From the NCBI GenBank assembly GCA_023231475.1, contig JALJEE010002614.1, positions 1 through 64,000 of the forward strand: a stretch of 64,000 nucleotides of DNA, written 5' to 3'. Both the position numbers and the translations under genes were made by a program. Shown one piece after another: positions 13,501-29,784 of this stretch. The notes below the pieces were generated by a model, which saw only the letters and a program-made list of their open reading frames with translations, ran no database searches and was not told where the DNA came from. This DNA is from Seison nebaliae. Taxonomy: Eukaryota. Each line of letters starts with the position of its first letter. Position 1 is the stretch's first letter.

Positions 13501-16500
13501 TGACGACGTGTCGTTCAATCTCATAATTAATGAGGCTGTGAAAAAATTAAATGAGAGGAATATCGGTGAAATTATTACACCTTATTCTTTCATTCAAGTT
13601 ATTTCATTCAAACTCGTAAATTTCAAATAATTTTTTTCAGATTTTACAAGAAGCAAATTATTTTTTACCTTTCCATCAAATAACGAGTAATCCGATGAAT
13701 GATACGATCCTAATCTCGTTGTTTGAGGCACCATCATCCGATACCATATTATATCAGGACGAACAGCGATTCGAAGTGGTATATCCATATAATGAACGGT
13801 TTTCATCATTCACCAAATATTTTTTTCAAACAAATTAAAATTTTTCTTCAGATTATTTTCAATTAAAGAAAAAGTTTCAAAACAAGAATTTCTTCTTCCA
13901 ACTGAACTCGTATCTCAAAAACGATACAATTTTGATGATGGCAACGGTGACGTGACTTATAGTTCAAGTTGAAAATCTTTTAATTAAAATTCAAAAACTT
14001 CCGAAATAATTTAGCGGAGATCTTTAAGAAGTTAAGTAAAACAGATAAGGATGATGCAACGGAAAAGGCAATGATATCTTCCGATAAGACGAATGATTCC
14101 GACTACTTAAAACACTTAGATACAATAAATAATTGTTACTATCCACCATTAACTATGAGGGCTACTTATCATGAAGAGTCGACTGCTAAAAAAAATATTC
14201 GATTCGGTTTCATTCAGTTACGAAAGGAAAAACTTAAGAAATTCCATACCAGTAGTTAGTTCCTCTCTATTAGCCAATAAGCGAAGTGAAGTCAGACAGT
14301 TTTTTGAATTTTAAATATGTCTTAATATTCTTCAGGCCAAGACACTTTGGTAATGGACAATTCACAAGAGATTGATAATGATTATATCGGGCCAAATAGT
14401 CTGAAAGCCGAACAAGGATTAAAAGCATTGAGACGCATTGAACAAAACGATAATCCTAGTAGGAGACAAAATCCATCATCGACACCTCTCAAACAAGAAA
14501 CAACACGACAACAAACGAGCACACTACCAGTACGAAAAGAGATGGACAAAGAAACTACTCGACAATCGAGTGGGAAAATTTCGAAGGTTAATAAAATCTG
14601 TTGGAAAATGTTGAAATATTCAAATTTCATGATTAGAAAATGTTGAAAGCTAAATTAAGTCCTAAGAAAAAATCTAGTAAAAAAGCAACGGTACATAATT
14701 TTTCCTGCAACCCTTTTTTTTTGTTCCCATATAATTTCCTTAATTTTATATATTTAAATTTATTATTTATATTTATTTTCTATATTTGTTTCGAATAACT
14801 TTTTCAGTTTCATTTTATTTTTTTTGCTCAATGTTGCAGTTGTGTCTAATTAACAATTAAATTTCCTTATGATTTATTTCTGAATGGTTTTGATCAGAAT
14901 TATCTAATTTTTATTAATATTATTCTTTTTTCCATTTCAGTTCACCAGTGAAGTTCAAACGAAATGGGTTAGTTCTCATTTGATTGTTTATTCAAATAAT
15001 TATGATGGACATTAGGAATTACCTATCGATTCTCCATTAGGATATCAGATGACGACGGATGAAGCAATTGATTTCTCTTCTAAATCGACCGTTTTATTTC
15101 CTAGAAATGATACTAAAATCCGAGTATCAACAAATATTAAATTACATCGTTATTATATTTTATTCTTCTTATTAGAAAATAAAAAATAATATATATAGGA
15201 AATTATATAACTGTGACGGTGTTGAAGAATAAACACGTTTTCAATATCGATAAAATATTACCAAAACGTTTAGAAGAAGAAGAAGATGTTGAACAAAGTG
15301 AACGAATTAGTCGTCCTTCAGATCAATTGGTTAAACCAGAATTCTCCTTATTGTACGATATTGGCCCTTTCGGCAACAATATGGATTATGCTTATCGCAC
15401 AGTTATTTTCCATCAATTCAACAGGAAAACTTTAAAATTATATTTAAAGTTAACTAATTGTGATGGGACGCGAGCACCACCAATCTCGGAAACTGATGAA
15501 ATTTCAAATATTTTGACCATCGTCTTAGCCAATGGTATCAATGTCGCCGTACCAGATCCGATTATCGATACCTTATTAATCGAAAGTTACTTTTATTAGA
15601 AATTTTGAAAATATTTTCTCCCGAAACGATTCAGTTGATAAAGACGTGGACCAATCTCAATCAGTTTATGAAGAGAAAATCTTTTCATTTCTTCCATTAT
15701 CATTCTCGTCGGAAGATGGATTGAACATTTCTATTCAACAAATCCGTTTGGAAAAAAGTTCGAATTATTTCGCTTTAATTAATTCTCGATCACTTTCGAA
15801 ATCAGATGACAATGAGAGATTTTATTGTTTGAAAATGTCGTATGATCCATTGGCATTAGAGACTGATGCTCGACGATTTCTCAAGAAAGAGATCGCTCGA
15901 TATATCGATCATAATGGAAATGTAACAATAACTCATCCACATAATACAATCGAAGTTATAACAATATTTAAATTCTGTTAACTAATTCCGTTTCTTGTCG
16001 TAGACACTTATGATGGATGGTACGAGAATTTTTGAATTTTCATTTACTTCTATCATTGAACCTGTCGAAGTTAATCGACCATCAATGAATAAGAAAAGTT
16101 GAAATTTTTTTCAATAATGAAAAATAATTTTTTCAAATTGATTGTAGATACAAAGAATGCTGGAAAACCACAAATTGAAGAAGTGAAGGAAGTGGTAGAG
16201 CCTCAAGTCATCACAATCGTAGTGAAACATGTCATTTTTCATGATGGACAGAATTATCGATACATTCCAACCGTCTATTATCCGGTCTATGAAAAATTCA
16301 TTGGAACAGTCAACGAAGATTTTGCTTATTTCAATGAACTCATCCCTGGCCTATCTCAGAACATTATAGAAAAAAGTGAAGATTTTGTTCGAATCAAATA
16401 TTCCAAATGTACTTTCTGGAATTTGACGAATTATACAAAATGTATCGTTAGTTGTTTTTCGAATATTAATTATTTAACTAAAATTAATTAATAATTAACA

Positions 16501-19500
16501 TTAAATTAAATTTCAGTATTCTCAACGACGTAGCGATAATGTGTTACGAGTGTATAAATTCGATGGGGCAAATATCGTTGAATATCCCAATGGAACTCGA
16601 ATTACATCAGCTATCGATGTGACAGATGACCGACAGAAATACAGACGAATCGAATGTCCCGGTTTCCCCACGATAATGGTCAATTTGGAGACATCTGAAT
16701 TTAATATCAGTTTCCGAAATCGGACAAATATCTTTTATAATCCCAAACAATTATGTTCCATATTTTTGGATGATGGTGATACAATCGAAATTAACGGTTT
16801 GGGAGATGCCATGTATATTCCAAAAGAGAAAATCACAGAATTTCAAGAAGAATCGTCGACGAATTTGCAGGAAATGAAACGGAAGAGTAATTCGAAGAAA
16901 GTTTCGGGAAATATTTATTTTGCTAAAAGCGAAAATTTTCTGGTGAAAACAACGGATCAATTTGGTATCTCTTATATCGTGACAGATGGTGGAGAATGTC
17001 AAGTGGAAGAGAATATGATGAATTTGAATAAGAATCATAAAATTAAAGTTATTAAAAAATCGAAAGATCATTATACGGTCAGTGAACAACAAAGTGTTTC
17101 TGATGAAGTTCGTATGAAAATTTTTTATAAAAATTATTTAAATTTTAGAGTCAACAAGAGAAAGATAGTGTGACGGTGGTAACGAGAAATGACCAACAAA
17201 TAAAAATTTTATCTAAATTGCCCAAATCATTTACGAATGATCTAATTACGGATAATAGTAATGAATTGACGAATTTCCATTCACCCAGGTTTCATTTTTA
17301 TAAAAAGGAAATAAAAAGAAATTTTTTTTCAAAGAATCTTCCAAGTGAACAATGACGGAACGATAATGGAATGGATTTCTCTGAGAAATCTAGAAGACTA
17401 TCTTTATTTGTTGAAAAATAGTACGAGCAGTTTCATCGAACATAAAAGAGACGAACCGAAAGACATTAAATATTTCACAACTCTTAGAAAAATAACAGGT
17501 TTTCTTGTTCGAAAAAAAAATTGAATTTTTTTATTTTTTTACTGAATTGAAGATACTTATAGTGATAGATTTATTTTACCATATGCTGAAAGTAATATCA
17601 TCTCACCAGGATTGAAAATTTATGAGAGTCTAATTCAAATGAATAAAAATGATACCCCATTAATTCTTGGCGATTATGAGAACGCTTTCGTCCAATGGAG
17701 AGAAGAGAGACTTCAAGATGAGTCATGTATTATTCCAACTAATTCAGATATGCAATACTTTTATGAAACTAGAGAATTTTGTCATTTCCCAGTAATGAGC
17801 GATGAAATTCGACAAATGTTCTCCAAAGCTTTATTGTTCGTTTTTTTTTGATTTATTTTTTAAATTAATTTAAAATTTTTCCAGAACTTATCTCCAATCA
17901 TTGGCAACTAATGTGACGAAGATTTATGATTCCATCGAAACGAATGATATCATCTATAAGAATGAAACGTTAAAATTGTTCTATAGTGATCGACCGGATG
18001 GTGTAGGAATTCGAGATTTTAATAAAATGAAAAATTTCGATTTTACTGAAAAACCAGTGAAAGTGGTTGAGAAGAATGAAGTGAGTCAGGAAGTGGAACA
18101 ACAACGATTAAATAAACGATTACAATTGGAGAAGGAACGGGCGGAATTATTAGAACAACAACGAATCAATCGGATGTATTTGAGACAACAGAAATTTGTG
18201 AATTATTGGCGATCGGAATTTGGACGAGCTTATTTGGAGAATCGTGACATCACTGAAGAATTGGCACAATTACCGGGACGTTATTCGCCTGAAGAGAAGA
18301 AGGAGCCGATTATTAAAAAAGATAAGAAGTTTTGTAAGAAACGATTAGTTCATCGAAAAATTAGAGTTAGCGCATCTGATATATCAGGAGATGAAGAAGA
18401 TGATATTGCTCAAATTATTGAACGTCAAGAAATGATGAGAAGATCACATAAAAGTTATTTTAAATTAAATTACTATCAATTTAAATCGAATAATTTTTAA
18501 AATTATTTGTAGAGAAAGAGAATAACAGTAAAGAGAAACAAATTCCAGAAGGTCCAGATTATGCAGGAAAGATTATTAAGCTGATGAAACCGAGAGAGAA
18601 TGTTCGATATCTGAGTGAATATAAAGAGAAAGAAGAATCACATGAAGATCTCTATGAGACATTGGGAAAAAGTTTGGATTAATTTCAAATTGGATAATTC
18701 ATTCCATAAAATCAGCTTTTACAAAAGATCCGAATAAATCGACCATTTCTCCACATGATAAATTAAGTGAAATCGGTTCAAATTTTAATTGGAAAAAAAT
18801 TATTAATATTATAATAATGAACAATATCAATTTATTATAAAACTGTAGAAACACAAATGTTGGTTATGTCTCCGAAAGAACGACGAGAAATACTCTATGG
18901 GAAATCGTTGGATGGTAGGAGACGAGTCAATCCATTATCTGTTCCAAAATCAATCGATTATGAAGTGCCAGTAATAAAAGTAAATAATTTTAAAGTTAAA
19001 TTATTTTTAAATTATGATTAATTTATTATCAATTTAATTTATAAATAGTTGCATGAAGATGATAAAATTCGTCATACACTTCCATTGAGAATGACGTTAG
19101 AGAAAGCGGAAAAATTGCATGGAATTTTGGTTCATCCAAAAATCATCGATTTCGGATATTTACGAGAAGAATATCATTACATAATGAAATTCTCAATACT
19201 CAATAATAATAGTCACATATTTCGATTTCGTGTTCTTCCAATAAATCCATTGGCTGGTGTTTATCTCTCATACAAGCCGAATTGGGTTAATTTCATAAGG
19301 AAATTTTTTTTAAAGTAAAAAAATTAAAAAATTTTCCAGATTGCTCCAGGAATGAAGAAGGAAATTATAATTCATTGTGTGGGAATCAGTTCGAATAAAT
19401 TGGATCGATTGAATGCCGATTTCTCCCAATACACCAAATGGACGAAACATTGTAAATCATTTCAGGACGTATATGAAAATCAAATGAAATTCGAAACGAG

Positions 19501-19905
19501 TGGAATGGTGAGAGATCAGAGGAAAGAACAAGATGGTGCTACTATGAGGATGTTGAAAAGTCGTGCAAATATTTGTGATAATTATCAAGTTTCAGTGAAT
19601 AATCGGAGAACGACTGAAACATCGAACGATAATGTGAAAGAAGAATTAAACAAGAAAGATTATCGAAAAGTTCAATTGTCGATTTGTGTGGAAAGTGAAG
19701 ATGAAATATTTGAAATTCCCATTTTCGCCACAGTTTACTTTAGTTTTTCTTATCCTTTTTATTCATTTTAATTTAGATTCTATCCGAAGTTACATATAAT
19801 GAAATGTTTGCTAGTGATGGAAAATTATCGTCGAAAGCGAAAAATGTCGGGAAAACGGTAGTTTCAATGACAAATTTGTTGAAAATACAAAAAACGGCGA
19901 ATTAA
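10528..19905 (+). CDS. SPAG17: sperm-associated antigen 17 / PF6 (axonemal central-pair protein), about 33 exons
   Basis: Exons splice in frame over about 32 short introns. Diagnostic segments: IDMQYYRKSLELIPFECQSIPLILNSIVEQVV, EYPNGTRITS..IECPGFPTI, HSPRIFQVNNDG, and the C-terminal HPKIIDFGYLRE..FRFRV..YKPNWIAPGMK..IPIFATILS. An X-box lies upstream. Confidence 0.85.
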
Positions 19906-20011
19906 AAATCAAAAAATTTTTAATAATTCCAATATTTAAAAATTTATTATAACAGAATTAAATTTGAATGTTCCAATCAAATTCTTTCGTTTACAATTCA
20001 GTTATAGAAAA

Positions 20012-21592
<1,581 letters not shown>

Positions 21593-23604
21593 GTTCCTCA
21601 AATGGAAAATTTTCAAACTTTTATGAATTACGAAGATTTAACAACGATCTACATGTACTAACTTTTTTCTCTCATATTTGGCAAAGAAGAATTTTGAATC
21701 ATTCAAATTTTTAGTCGAACTTCTCTTTCTCCCTCCTCCATATTAACTCTTTAATTTTTTTTTTATTAATTATGTTTTAATACTCTTAATATGTTTAATG
21801 TTATTTTAATTTTAGTATATATTAATATCAATAGTTTATTTCAATAATTAAATTAAAGATTTTTAGTTCAGAAAAAAAATTTAAAAATTTCAAAAGATAT
21901 TTTAATTCAAAAAAAACTTGTCGTTGCTTATGGTTGGGTCTTCCAAATATAAATTGGTTATTCGAATAATTAATTAACGGATTTTATTCGATTTGTTAAA
22001 ATTATAGATAATTGACGATAATTGAAAAACGGAAAAACTTCGAGGGATTTCAACAGATTTCGAGTTTGTTGAAAGTGAAATTTCTACGAAAAAGTGAAGT
22101 TTGGTGTTATTCCAAAGAAAAATTGTTGATGCATATGTTGATGAGAAGTAGAAAAAAAATTAATTAAGAAATTGGAAATAATAAACAGTAGTGAAGCATA
22201 ATGATGGAGAACTAGTAATTGGAAATCATTGATTCATTTGAACACAAAAAATACTTGACGTACAGACACATGTTGTTAGTATTATTTGAATTTTCAGAAC
22301 ATATTGAATAAGAGCAATTTAATGAAATAAGAAGAGAAAAAATCTCTGACAAATTGAAATGTCTTTTAGTACGTCATTAAAATTAGAGTCATTCTATCGG
22401 TATGTTAGAATGGAATGAAGTGAAGGACACTTCTTTTCATTTAGGAAAACAAAAAAAATTTCTTCGATAATTGAAAGACAGTGAATGATGAATTGAATAA
22501 TATGATGAGAATAAATGATTTATTTGTATCGTTTTGAATAGTGAATAATGATTAGTTGTAAAAAAAAACCGTCGCCATTCATTTGATTTGGAGATAAATT
22601 GTTTCTTTCAGAATTTGAGTGAAACAATTTGATTTATCGTTGAATCAATAAACTTTCTTGTATTTACCGTTCGCTCACTCGAATTCTTTTAATTTATTCG
22701 AATTTAGAAAAAAAAATTGATTATTCTAATCAATACCAGAATATAAGTCAATGTTAATTATTGAAGAGATCGTCGTTGAGAACGAAGGAGGAGAATGAGA
22801 TAAATAAATTTTAATGATAAAAGAAATTTCTTCATATTTATTCTTGCTTATTATTCGTTTGTTGTTAACATCTAAAATAAATCATGTGAGTGACGTGAAA
22901 ATGGTGAACCTTCTCGATCGACGTTATACCAATGGAAGAAGGGAAAAATGAACCTTGAATGATCCTGTTAAATTTGGCATTCAAAAATAGTTCTGATGTT
23001 GCATGAATTATCAACATGATACGGTCAATAACAAGAGATGGATTGCTAACGTTTCCCACCTTTTTCTCGTTATTGGCGTCGTCTCGAATTATGTCTTTGA
23101 GACGGATTCTTGATTAGGAGACACTAACTTATGATCAGATGACAATAAATCATCTGGATGAAAGGAAAATATTATCTTACGTATATTTTGATTCCTCCTC
23201 CACTTCTCATACCTCATAAACGACGACGCTATTTAAAAGGAAGAGTTATGAAGGCGAAAAATAGGATGGTGATGATTATGATTATTATTCAAATTCCTCC
23301 ATCTACATTACATCATCATAATCGAACTTTTCGATTTGATTAAGAAGAAATTGAATCTGAATAATATTGTCGATGACATTCCTCTACGTTTACTTTAAAT
23401 ATAAAACTGTTGTTGTTGTTGTTGTCGTTCTTTTTACGTTAAGGAGAAAATTGTTGTTTTGAGAAAGAAACATTTTTAAATGGAATCATTGTCTCTTGCC
23501 ACCTGAACTGTTTTCATTTTACGATGAAATTAAGTTCATTAAAAAAAATCGATTTCCTTCAACTTCTTCCTCAACAACAAGAAGTGAGATGAGTGAGTGA
23601 TTGA

Positions 23605-23624
23605 GTGTGTGTGTGTGTGTGTGT
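23605..23624. repeat. (GT)n microsatellite
   Basis: Direct reading of the sequence. Confidence 0.9.
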
Positions 23625-24324
23625 TTCATGTGAAGAGTTGAGAGTGGCATCTCTTTAAACATCATGAAATACATCACTTGCGAGAAGGTACATAATTATT
23701 ATCATTGTTAATATCGTCTCTAGGTCAACTCGGAGAAAAATGAAGAAGTGATGACTACTGCTATGAATAGTGAGTTGACAGTCTATCCAGAATGATGATG
23801 GAAAGGAAATGTATATATAAATATTCCTCCACCAAAAATTCACCTCGACGAAATGATGTAATATGTACAAGATGTATATTCCTGTAAATAAGGGCGAAGA
23901 GAGAATAACATTACGTATAATTTCCAATTTTCTTCCGTCTTTACAATATGACTCTGTAATCATCAATTATTTTATTCTACGGGTTTGTTTTATGGTTCGA
24001 TTTAAGGAAAAGTTTACAATTATCGGTAGAACGGAAATAGTTTTAACGACCGATAAAGGAGAAAGTAGTCAACTTCCTAGAAGAACGAGTTCTTCTTATC
24101 GAAATTATTATTATTATCTTAATCGAAATTTTTATTAACTTATTCATATCTTCAATTCCAATTATTTCTTGGAATGGTTTGAAAGTTTTTTCAGAATAAA
24201 ATTTTTAAATTTTTTAAATTTTTTTCCTTCACAACAAATTCAACGATTCAATTAATTCATTTGATGAAATTATGATTTACAGATAAATTTTGAAATTCGA
24301 TTAAGAATTTTAGTTGATTCTCAA

Positions 24325-26001
24325 ATGTTGAAGAATGGGAAACATTATTCGGAAGAAATAATTTCGACTGCCGATCCGAATTATTCGAAATGGCATGAAA
24401 TGAATGGAGGATTGGCGAAACCAGTTGAATGGAATCGTGGTAATATTAATAAATCGTATTCGACAGAAAACTTTTTCAGTCCAATGCCAAATCATCAATA
24501 TGAACATAATGAGAATATAACAAGAAATCGGCAAATCGATTCGGCCCATTATCCCACACGTCGTAGTCGTAGTTCGTATGCGTACGGTCTCAATTCAACG
24601 ATGGATCAAGGAGGTCATCGTAATAATCAATATAATCAATATCAAACAGATTTCCCATATTCAACAATAAATTTAGCGTCGAAATATTCGCCGAATAAAC
24701 GACCGACTAATATGCAGAATATTTATCGATTGCGATTGAATGTGGCTGATTATAATGACATTCGAATTAAAGTTCATCAAACTCGTTTAAAGATTAGTTT
24801 CATTAATGACATGAATATCGATGACGGTTTCGATGATACATTCCATTCCGATACATTAACCGCTCCATCATTCCTGAAAGAACAATCGCATACTTTTGAT
24901 TTGCCACGTGGTTGTCTTACGAAGAAGATGAAACATTTCTTATCACAAGACGGGAAAGTGTTAACAATTGAAATTCCAATAATCATGTCAGATGCTAGTG
25001 ATGGAATCAAATCGCAGGAATACATTATACAACCAACACAACCAATAGAATATCAGGAAAGTATCTCGTCAGCTTTGACGGCACCAGGAAAAAGTATGAA
25101 TTCATCATATTTACGATCTCAACAACAACAACAACAACAAAAACAACAACAACAGCAGCAGCAACAACAACAACAACAACAACAATTGAGAAATCAACAA
25201 TTAATACGTCAACAACAACAACAGCAGAAACTTCTCTTTCAACAACAGCAACAACAAAAATATTTGAATAATTCAAATAATAATTATTTACAATATCCAA
25301 ATGATCATTCGTATCATCATCGAGATAATTCGGTTGAGAATCATTACGCTTCCAACAACATCAACAACGGTAGTCCTTTAGCTCTTAACAATAATAATCA
25401 TGCGATAGGTTTAACTCAATCATATGATGATAATATTTATGCGCAGTCCAACCGTTCCAATCGATTGAATCATAATTCCAAAATCGATTCCATGAAAACG
25501 ATCGAGAAGACAACCAGTTCTCATGACTTGCAGAATTCGGCTATTTCCGATTTTGTTCAATTGAAAAATTCATCTAATAACAATTCATCGGGTTTGGCTC
25601 GATTAACATTGAACGTAGACAAATGTGATACGGATTATTTGATTGTGTCTGTTGATGGGAACTTGTTGGAAGTTCGTGGTCGATATAAAGACGAATCGCC
25701 TCGGAAAAAATCATTTCGACATTTAGCTCGTATTCCCGATAATACGAAGAATGAACCTGGATCTATAACCGCTTTCCTTTCTAGTGATAAGAAAGTTTTG
25801 ACGATTGATGCCGAACTAAGAGACAACCAACAAATGCGTTATAATGAATCGATGAAAAGTTCACATAATCGGAAATATCGACAAGCGAAAACTCAATCTC
25901 GAGATAATACGATAAAACATTATTTCAGTCGAAATAAATCACAAGACTTCAATAAATCTTCTTCACATATTAATCATTCCTCCAACATTGACTATAATCA
26001 T

Positions 26002-26055
<54 letters not shown>

Positions 26056-26265
26056 ACACTAAAGAATAGTTCAACTTCTTTATATCAGAACCAAGGAAGA
26101 AATGCAACTTATCTTCTCCAATCCAACGAGAGTAATACTCCCTCACTCTATTTGAAGACGTCGGAATTACCAGCAAAAGCAACGGTTGCCGTTCCGTATG
26201 GTACCACGAAATTACCACCAGGAACACCATTAGAATTGCAGCCACTTTCTCTACCTCAAAAATAG
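24325..26265 (+). CDS. protein with two alpha-crystallin/HSP20-like domains, polyQ and polyN tracts
   Basis: 646-aa ORF. Domain 1: YRLRLNV..IRIKV..TFDLP..FLSQDGKVLTIEIP. Domain 2: LTLNV..LIVSVDGNLLEVRG..SFRH..IP..ITAFLSSDKKVLTIDA. Confidence 0.8.
26002..26053 (+). repeat. (AAC)n coding microsatellite (polyN)
   Basis: Direct reading. A CAA/CAG polyQ tract also lies at about 25120-25260. Confidence 0.9.
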
Positions 26266-26816
26266 GAAGTTTCCATAAAACGGACTTTATATTTCGAGAG
26301 GAAGTAATTAATATGTAATTTATTTCCAATTTCTTTCATTCTTTTTTCTTTTGTTCTTTTTATTAAATTTCTATTTGGAGTTATCTACTTTTAAGATGGA
26401 ATTGTTCCACTATATCTTTGATTATTTCCAATGATCCCCATTCATTTCTCTCATTATCTCAAGTAGATGAATATTTTATTGAAATAAAATTCGATATTAA
26501 ACAAATTAACTATTAACCACAATTTTTTAAGGAAAATTTTTAGTAATTTAACTAGCAACATTTTAACTGCGAGAATTTTCTTGCTAGAAATTATGTCATT
26601 AGAATATCATAAAATTTTATTTTGTAAGAATAACGTTTATGAGAACTTGAGCTACAAAAATTTTTTAAGTAGAATTATAATAAAAAACGCAATTCACACC
26701 TAGTATTATTGAACTATGAGATGAGATAAATAACATCTGTATCATTCGGAAGAAATTGGAAAGAAACTTTTTTTTCAAAGAATCGGAGAGATAATTCTAA
26801 AATAACGAAATGTAAA

Positions 26817-27646
26817 ATGCGTTTCATTTACTTAATTTTCATATTACTCTTTTCTCGTTTTGGCGAAGGGTCCCAATTAAATGTATCTTGTAATGAAAAT
26901 GATATTACAATTCAATCGAACTCGGAAGAGGCGGAAATATTATTCAAGAACGAAGAATATAAAAAAATTGCAGTAATTCCCTTGGAAAGTATAATTCAAA
27001 AAACAGTTTAAACTTTTACTTTCAAAAAGAAACGATAACTGACTCCTCTAGAATTCTTCAGCAGTTCAGTATAATTTAATGGTAAACGTATTTGAAAGTG
27101 ACGAATTCCGAACTGAATATATAACGTGTATTTATCTAATCGAAGAGACGAACGAGGTCAAGTTTACAGTGAATGCTCCAAATGTATCTTTAGTTAATTT
27201 TACCCGGACTAGAATGGAGAAACCGTCTTATTCAAAAATAAAACTAGATGAGTCATTGAAGAGGAAAAACTTTTCAGCTGGAGAAGATGTCCTATTACCA
27301 TTTTCTCTCGAATTAGAAATCAATTCATTTCTGGACTCCATTATTGATTCGGTAAGTGTAGAAGAATGTAAACAATATTATCACGAAAGTATAGAGTATA
27401 AAACGGAGTTATATTTTCTAATCAATTCTAATTGATAAATCTTTATTAAATACGCATTTCGACAATTGTAGACGTCTTGATGAACAATTGGTCTTATTGT
27501 CCAACAGTTCAACTTATCAGTTCAATTACAACATGTCGATTGTTAAACCGGAAGGGTTTGACTCTATGCAGGTAAAATGTCAAATAAAAATGAAACCGAA
27601 ATCGTTGTCGGAAATACAAAATGTTTGGAATTTAGACGATGATTAA
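26817..27646 (+). CDS. secreted protein, possibly ZP-module-like, 3 exons
   Basis: Signal peptide. LNVSCNENDITI ... EYITCIY is a ZP-N-like Cys1/Cys4 pattern, followed by VSVEEC and MQVKCQI. GTT introns at 27006-27069 and 27408-27470. Confidence 0.55.
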
Positions 27647-28606
27647 ATTTATGTTTTTCCTCATCTTTCCTTCCAATATTCATTATCAAATGTTCGAAAT
27701 AAAATTACGTAAAAGAGATATTTTCTTCGGTTTCTTCGTCATAACCACAGTTATTATTATTATCCACCAAACTGCATCTGACCTTACCTTTATATTTTAT
27801 ATAATTGAAATTCAAGGGCTATTTTGTACAATTTTTAAATTGCACTAAAACAAGTTTTGCACTGAACACCTCAAAGAGTCACTTTTTCAGTGATAATTAT
27901 CACATACGTTCTTGAATTGTTGGAAACATAGGGAAAAATTATAATTTTTGAATTGAAATGTTTTGATTGACATTCATTCGTAAGAAAGTTCAGAAACATT
28001 ATCAAGTTTCTTTTCAGGAAATTTAAATAATGATAGAAATTTCGTACTAATATACTTGTCAGTTGCAAAGGAATTGATTGTATGCTAATTCAATTTTTCC
28101 TTCCCACGCCTACACACATTAGACATGAGATAGGAGAATTACATAATAGAGAGCAATAATAATTGTGATATAATCATATTGGTTATAAAATAATAATACG
28201 TAGTAGAAAAAAAATCGATAAACGAGAGGAAAATTAACAGAATTGCCACCTAAATGGAGATAAATGTCGTCTCTTTTCTAAACAACATAATAAAAATGTT
28301 TATTATTAAAAATATTAGGGTTTCGTAATTTCCTTCCATACGAATAGTCCACATGTATTTCCCGATTTATTTCCATGTAACATAGAATTGTATGAAAGAG
28401 AAAATCTCATCGAGTCATCCTCCCATGAAGGGAAAAGCCTTCAAAAAAATGAATTATTTGATTTAGTTAACAAATTTAATTTATCGAATTCAACAGCGAA
28501 AAGTGAAAGTGTTTCGTACATTTTTACCTTGTCTTTCGCACAAGAAATTTCACATTCTTGTTTTCTTTCATTTTAAATAAAATTTTCTTCTTTTCACTTA
28601 CCAGAC

Positions 28607-29695
28607 ATGTTACCCAGGTTCTCCTTCTTTCTACTACTCTTAGTAATCTCCTGGGCACATTCCTTTATTGTCGAGCAATCATTAACTCGGACGAAATATG
28701 TTAATGACGTTGGATGGCAGTTTATTTCTAATTTATCGTCACCAGATAATGGTCTAATCGGTCAAGTGGGAGGTATAGCAATTCATCCATTGACAAGCGA
28801 ATTGGTCGTTTTCCATCGAAGTGGAAGAGATTTTAAAACTAAATTATTTAATAAAGACAAAGTTTATGTCGGTCCAGACAAACCGATAAAAGATGCGACT
28901 ATCCTCAGATTCAATCCACTCACCAATTCCATCAAGAAATTTGGAGAGAATTTCTTTTATTTACCACATGGTCTTCGTGTGGACGAAAAAGGAAATTATT
29001 GGATGACTGATGTTGCACTACATCAAATTTTCAAATTTGATCGTAACTTTCAATTACAATTAACTTTGGGAGAGAAATTCGTTCCAGGAAAAGATGACGA
29101 TCATTTCTGTCAACCTGCCGATATTGCCATATCTGAGAAAGGAAATATTTACGTTGCTGACGGTTATTGTAACAAGAGAATTGTGGTGTTTGATTCAACT
29201 GGTACGTTAATTCAAGTTGTAAATTTGGAGGATTTCCCACAAGTCAAATCTATCAACGTCGTTCACAGCATCATTCTTTTGGATGATTATGATGTCATTT
29301 GTGCAGCTAATCGAGAAAAAGGTCAAATTATTTGTCTGTCGTTAGAAAACGGAAAAATTGGAAACGTTATTAAATTGTTCAGTCATTCAAATATGAAAAC
29401 TGTTTACTCAATCGCGTACGATAAGGAAATCAATGGAATTCATGCCGTTTCCGCTATGACTAGAAATGAACCTGCACATGGTTTCACATTTTATTTAGAT
29501 GGAAGTGAAACGAATGAATGGGCAGATGATTATCATCAATTATACATGCCACATGCAATCACTGTAGGCGATAACGGATTAATTTATGTTGGACAAATTT
29601 ATCCGAATAACGTCATTCGTTTTCGACCCGAAATGACCAAATTCTCCCAAAGTAAATTCCAATCAACAGAAAATGAGGATTTTTCTTTCTATTAA
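28607..29695 (+). CDS. PAL: monofunctional peptidyl-alpha-hydroxyglycine alpha-amidating lyase (NHL beta-propeller)
   Basis: Signal peptide; LVVFHR, FYLPHGL.VD..GNYWMTDVALHQIFKF, HFCQPADIAI, IYVADGYCNKRI, CAANREKGQI.C. No PHM domain. Confidence 0.92.
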   Translation: MLPRFSFFLLLLVISWAHSFIVEQSLTRTKYVNDVGWQFISNLSSPDNGLIGQVGGIAIHPLTSELVVFHRSGRDFKTKLFNKDKVYVGPDKPIKDATILRFNPLTNSIKKFGENFFYLPHGLRVDEKGNYWMTDVALHQIFKFDRNFQLQLTLGEKFVPGKDDDHFCQPADIAISEKGNIYVADGYCNKRIVVFDSTGTLIQVVNLEDFPQVKSINVVHSIILLDDYDVICAANREKGQIICLSLENGKIGNVIKLFSHSNMKTVYSIAYDKEINGIHAVSAMTRNEPAHGFTFYLDGSETNEWADDYHQLYMPHAITVGDNGLIYVGQIYPNNVIRFRPEMTKFSQSKFQSTENEDFSFY

Positions 29696-29784
29696 TTTCT
29701 CAACACTTTCCATTGACAACTGACATAAAAATTGACATTTCATCATTTCTCGATGAAAATTCCATTCAAAAAGTTTCTTCTCAA

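Noticed and set aside
13376..13630. Apparent nested secreted protein (MSIVLFIILFHIFS..) inside SPAG17
   Set aside because: The 'signal peptide' is translated intron. The rest is a SPAG17 exon entered at aacag|AA (13424) in the correct phase.
24777..26329. Antisense ORFs with polyV and polyC tracts
   Set aside because: These are shadows of the CAA/AAC repeats in the sHSP gene.
26520..26705. Helitron-like 3' end (CTAG|T)
   Set aside because: No convincing GC-rich subterminal hairpin or second copy.
28607..29695. Intronless PAL as horizontal transfer or novelty
   Set aside because: The sequence is typical of animal PAL, and stand-alone PAL genes are known in several invertebrate groups.
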